A DNA stretch of 64,000 bases from Anthoceros angustus (taxonomy: Eukaryota > Plantae > Anthocerotophyta): assembly GCA_010909165.1 (NCBI GenBank), contig MU008169.1, positions 1,984,001-2,048,000 of the forward strand, in the 5' to 3' direction. A model generated the notes under the pieces. It was given only the letters and a program-made list of their open reading frames with translations. It had not been told where the DNA came from and did not search any database. Below, piece by piece: positions 59,300 through 64,000 of the stretch. Position numbers and translations under genes: made by a program. The first letter of the stretch is position 1, and each line of letters begins with the position of its first letter.

Positions 59300-60250
59300 T
59301 TCCACACTTGCTCCACCTGCAAAAGCATTTTCCATGCTCCCCTATAATATTTCGTTCGAAGCAGCTCAAGATGCTGTACTCGCATGTTAATGCACAATTG
59401 CCATCTGTGAAAATCATGGAAGAAATAAGAGCTCACAGAAGGAAGCCTCTCTCATACGTTGACATGAGATTCCCACAGACCCTTACTTCCATCCCCAGCA
59501 TATGACGTTTTCCATCTAAAGTTTTGCTCGACAAGCCTTGAGCTCATGGTGCAACCAGCAATCACCACGAAAGTACGTGGCTCCCTAGTCCGGGCCCATC
59601 TCAATCCATCTATAAGTTCCATCGGATTGTCAAACGACGGGGTGCCCACACTGCACATGCCTGCAAGAGACACGCAAATTTGTGAACCATGACATGATAC
59701 AATCTTAACTCGTACCAAGGGGACGAGCTCAAGCATCGTGATCATCGTCAAACCTTCTCACAAGTTGCATTGCTTAACACCAGTAAAACACATCAGCCTA
59801 CAATGCACGTATGTTGGTAGCAGTTCCATGGAATAAACCGTTCAAAGTCCAAAACTGCAGATGATCATGACCGGCATGCAATAGTCTGGAGGATCTGATG
59901 CATGTGCAGCCGCGCGCCAGTGAAGCATGACATGGTATCCACATTTATAACAAGGAACGACGACAGTGTCTCCTCTTCCATGATCCAACTCATGGGTAGC
60001 CAGCTCATGATGGTTCAATGCTGGCGGACCTTGCAAATGTCGAGAAGACAGTAACCAATGCTCATGAATCATACTTGCTCAGCACACTGTTGGCTACAAG
60101 CACGTCAGATTGATGTCCTCGCTCTTTGATTTTCGCATGAAGCCGCATTGCCACGGCACCCAAACTTTCACATGCCTTGCTGAGAGTACCCTGCTATGGC
60201 ATTTCCTCTTCTTTACTGTGCCATGAGAGCAGAGGGCATGGCTTTGCCCG
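59300..60250 (-). pseudogene. Decayed PLS-class PPR remnant
   Basis: 60050-60230 aligns with 63830-63965. CVSLAGMCSVG resembles the SLV.MY.KCG motif. Confidence 0.55.
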
Positions 60251-60263
60251 ATTTGCTCACATT

Positions 60264-61570
60264 TATTTGCCGGCTGCAGCCATGTGCAAGTTCGGGCACC
60301 ATTTCATTAGAATATTATCAGTGTAGGTTCCTTTCGAATGTGCGGCCGGGTATTTAGCGCGACGACAGGCAGTCTCTCCATGTCGCTTTTGGGGCAGGTC
60401 TTTTGGCCATGGAGCGCCAGCGGCTTTTCTAAAAACTTGGACCCTCTCGGCCCAATTTTGGCCTTTCACTTCCTTATTCAAAATAGTAGCATTTTGGAGA
60501 ATTGAGAGGAATGCTTCTGAGTGTCCCTAGATCGGCTAGGGACCTCTTACTCCTTCTAGCTAGGGAGGCCATGCCTTTTTTTTCTTCGTTTGTCGCAGAC
60601 GAGTTTCGGGGTTGCAGGCTTCTCTCTAAGAGAAGCATTATGGGCAGGTGTTGCCGGGTCTTCTTCCAGATTCTTCTATTCCTCATCTCGCTAGAGCTCG
60701 CCTTCGTTCTTGCTCAGGGAAGGGTGTAGGTTCCTGGCTCCTGGCCCGCCATTGCATCCAGGTGTTCTGAATCGCATCAGCTTCTTTTCCTACTGCGATA
60801 AGGTTTCGCCTGGTCTGGTGCAACCACTAGCCTATTCTCTTCCTACTGTGAGGCCTCCATCGACGACCCTGGGGCCCATTTAGCGCGTTGTCTAATCATG
60901 GGTGGACAACATATTGCTACACACGACGCCGTTCGAGACGTCATGTTCTCGATGGCCGAGGAAAGCGGTTTCTTACCTTTCAAGGAGTGGCAATATATTT
61001 TGCTCAATGGCGTCTCTATCATAGCTGACCTTTTCCTGATGTGGGGGGACGAGGTCTCGGTTGCGGACATGGTTGTCACTGACCCAACCAAAGATTCTGC
61101 TAGCGACCATGTCATCATCAACCCTCCAGGTTGGGCAGCGGAAGGGAGCGCAAACTAAAAAAATTTAGAAGTACAGCCCATACAGCAAGGTAACATTTTC
61201 ATCCCCCTTGCCATTGAAACCCATGGGGCCTTGGGTAAGGTTTTTTCTCGTGTGCAAGGGCCTACCACAACGACACGGGCAGGGTTGGCCTCCCCTTTCT
61301 TGTGTCATGGCATATTTCAGGCTAACAGGTTTCCATCGCCCTGCAAAGCACATTGGCCAGCGCCATCTTTAAGACGATCATGAATGCTGGAGACACGGCA
61401 TCGGCGGCACCAGTGGTAAATAGGCCCCCTATTTGAGACAACGACATCTTGGGGACGGTTGGGGGTTATATGGTAGATTAGTGGCTGGCCGGGTGCCTCG
61501 TGGGTTGTCCCCTTTCGACCTTGGGGTAGATAAGATTTCCCATCTAGTTCCTTTTATAAAGTCTCCACAT
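60264..61570 (+). mobile_element. 5'-truncated CRE-like retroelement (thumb-linker-CCHC-RLE-3' UTR)
   Basis: LARRQAVSPCR..APAAFLKTW, ARARLRSCSGKGVGSWLLA, GGQHIATHDAVRDVMFSMAEESGF, IADLFL..VSVADMVVTDPT, FIPLAIETHGALG. Ends ..gtaga..cccatcta..ataaagtctcc. Confidence 0.88.
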
Positions 61571-61689
61571 TGCTTTTCATTAGAGAATGGAAAGGTTTAC
61601 TTCATGCAGAGATAGAACAATTGGACATGCACCTGATCTCGCTGAATCGAACACTGTAGTATGTGGAACTGCAGCACCCCGGCATTAAA

Positions 61690-62420
61690 AGGGGAATTAA
61701 GAGCTTCATACTCGGATTGAAAAACGCGTTCAACAGGCATGTGTGTGCGAGTGGATTGGCGAAGGGGCTTCAAGCACAAGAGAAAAAGGAAAACTGCAAG
61801 GTCATGTGCTCGTCGCCAGCAGTTTGGTGAACATGTATGCCAAGTGTGGCAGCGTCCAACAGAGCTGAGATAGTGTTTGACGGACTTGGCTAAAAAGACG
61901 TGGTGAGGAAATGTCATGATGGGAGGATATTCCCAGCAGGCCTTGGGGCAGGGAGCCCTTCGTCTCTATGGTCTTGTTATGCTACAAGAAGGCATGGTTG
62001 TACTGTGACATTTCTATGCTCAAATTGAAGAACGCGGACATCAAGCTGTTATGGTGGTAGCCAACAATTTGGTGAACATGTATACAAAGTGCGGCAGATT
62101 GAAGGCTGCTCAGATACTGTTCGATCGACTTAGTAAAAAAACTGTGACGGGGAATCCTATGATAGCAGGGTACTCCCTGCAAGGCATGTCGAGTGTGGGT
62201 GCTGGGGTGCATTGGAGAAGGGGAAAGCGGCTCCATGCAAAAATCAAAGAAGGACGACATGAATCTGACGTGCTTGTAGCCAAGAGTTTGGTGAACATGT
62301 ATGCTGCCAATGTGCCTCAGCTTGGAGGATCCTCCGAGACTTATTTGATAGTCTTGTGGTGAAAGATTTGGTGGCGTGGAATGCCGTGGAGTGTTATCCA
62401 GGCAGCTCCTGCCTCCGAGT
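61690..62420 (+). pseudogene. Decayed PLS-class PPR gene fragment
   Basis: SLVNMYAKCGS, VVANNLVNMYTKCGRLKAAQILFDRL..MIAGYSLQG and GKRLHAKIKEGRHESDVLVAKSLVNMYA, with stops and internal deletions. Confidence 0.85.
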
Positions 62421-62999
62421 TCCCAGCAGGGGACATGGGGCAGGAAGCCTGTCTTCCCTAAAGTGCCCAATCAAGACGAAGGAGAGATTAATGGATGTTT
62501 TATTTTTAGCGGCACTGCACATGGAACTTTATTAAGGAAAATAACCAGTAATCACATAAGTCCCCTGGTGAGGGGCAACGGGCGGAAACGGTACCAGAGG
62601 CTCCCAACAGCGGCCAACACGCCCAACCCTCAGCACCCTGAACACGGGTGTAGACAACAGGCAGGAGAGGAACAACGACAACTACGCAACTAGCCAAGAC
62701 CCAATAGCGGCAAAGATCTCCGGAACCGGGGCCTTAACCCATTCCTCCTCCTCGGACGAAAGCAAGGTGTGCTGGAGAAGAGTCTTGACCCTAGCAACTT
62801 GAGAAGGTGCCAAAGATCCCTGATTGACACAGATTAGCATCAACGTGCCCACGACAAGCTCAACACTAAGGCCTACTGGTAGGAGAAGCACCATGGATAA
62901 ATGCCCGGGATAAATGCATCAACATAGAGTATGTAGCATCAACGTTTCAGTGACAGGTTCTAAGTGCTCCGCAAGGATGGCGGCCCGTTTCTAGCGTAC

Positions 63000-64000
63000 A
63001 TGGACTGGCACAGTTCACAGTAGGCATCTACAGGCAGACACTTTCAACCTGAGTAGGAAAGGCCAACGGGGACCTTCACAGTCCAGTCCCGGCAGGATGG
63101 TTAAAAGCCCAAGCCCAGAATGCCAAATAAACTGAGACTCACAAGTTACCTCGCGCAGGCAAGTTCGTGGCCCATCCAACAGATCAACGCACAAGCCCAT
63201 GTTCTCCCAGAGCGGCAACGGCAGCCGTCCGAAACATAATTCACATGCTGATCAGGCTTCACAGCAGCTGGCCTCATGTCCGAACACAGCTCAAACTCAC
63301 GGAAAACGCGTCAGTGCACCTCGATCACAGGCTCAGTTTGCCAGGGGAATATAGGAGCATTGCAACGTGACGATCTCATGACCAACCTGCACCAGCAGCA
63401 ATTTACCTGTGGTCGCGCAATCACCCAGGCGCACTTTTAGCAGACCAGCTGTCGGCCACAGCAGCATAGTCGAGCAACAGACAATCAGTATTAATCCATC
63501 GATGGCTTCTTTCAAACAGGTCTAGCAAACCCATCATACTCTTCAAAAGTGTCATTTGCCACCGCAAGCAGCCAGTGGCAGGAATCCGCACCCGACACAA
63601 CATATATGTGGAAGGATTTTTTGTGCGATGCCTACAAACATATCTGCTTCAAGACCTCGTTGTTCAATAGCAGTGTGAGGCTCCGTCCCCTTGTCGAATG
63701 CCTGTGTGCCCCCAGTTGCAGATGTCAAACTGTTGGATACAAATCGACCAGCTTCATGTCCTTGTTCTGTAGTCGGGGCATAACTCTGAGCATCCTCCAA
63801 GCTGAGACACATGTTCACCAAACTGTTGCCATACAAGCACGTCAGATTCATGTCCCGGGTTGTTTGACTTTCCCACGAAGCTGCTTTCCCTTCTCCAATG
63901 CCCAGCACCCACACTTTCACATGCCATGCTGTGAGTACGGTACTATCATGGCATTTCCCGTCACCATAGTTTTCTGAACAAGTCCATCACAGAGTATCTG
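63000..64000 (-). pseudogene. Decayed PLS-class PPR fragment, inverted relative to 61690-62420, running off the right edge
   Basis: GNAMIVPYSQHG..GEGK..LYGNSLVNMC..LEDAQS; paralogous to 62150-62330. Confidence 0.7.

Noticed and set aside
58313-59300. E/DYW domain remnant downstream of the PPR fragment
   Set aside because: Could not find HSE(K/R)LA, CxDC or terminal DYW motifs in any frame.

Overview
Eukaryotic nuclear DNA from a land plant. Short introns, GC-rich exons, PLS-class PPR remnants and a CFAP298 ciliary gene point to a seed-free plant with flagellated sperm, Selaginella-like (inference). Two compact gene islands flank a ~29 kb repeat tract. Island 1 (8.1-14.6 kb) holds a patatin-like acyl hydrolase, SKA1 and APC8/CDC23. 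Island 2 (44.8-56.4 kb) holds CFAP298, ICln, TSEN54, a C-type lectin receptor kinase and a Bfr1/PPI-like coiled-coil gene. The central tract (15-44 kb) contains: a truncated duplicate of the APC8 5' end; a decayed DUF7869/Sola-like transposase; three copies of an A20-A20-AN1 zinc-finger gene; and a large nest of fragments of a non-LTR retrotransposon (RT + CCHC + restriction-like endonuclease, CRE-like) mixed with GC-rich and AT-rich duplicated modules. The right end holds decayed PPR fragments and one more retroelement copy. Best signals: (1) a covarying 3'-terminal hairpin shared by all retroelement ends, plus a ~116-bp 3' stub with a perfect 17-bp target-site duplication; (2) a second dispersed element with its own covarying hairpin and an AATAAA-(CTT)n tail; (3) patatin and SKA1 stop codons only 19 bp apart; (4) repeated tandem duplications, two with clear microhomology junctions. 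Caveat: many duplicates differ by scattered 1-4 bp deletions that break frames at complementary places, so part of the duplication and frameshift picture may be assembly error. All calls were made by eye without database searches, and repeat boundaries are approximate.
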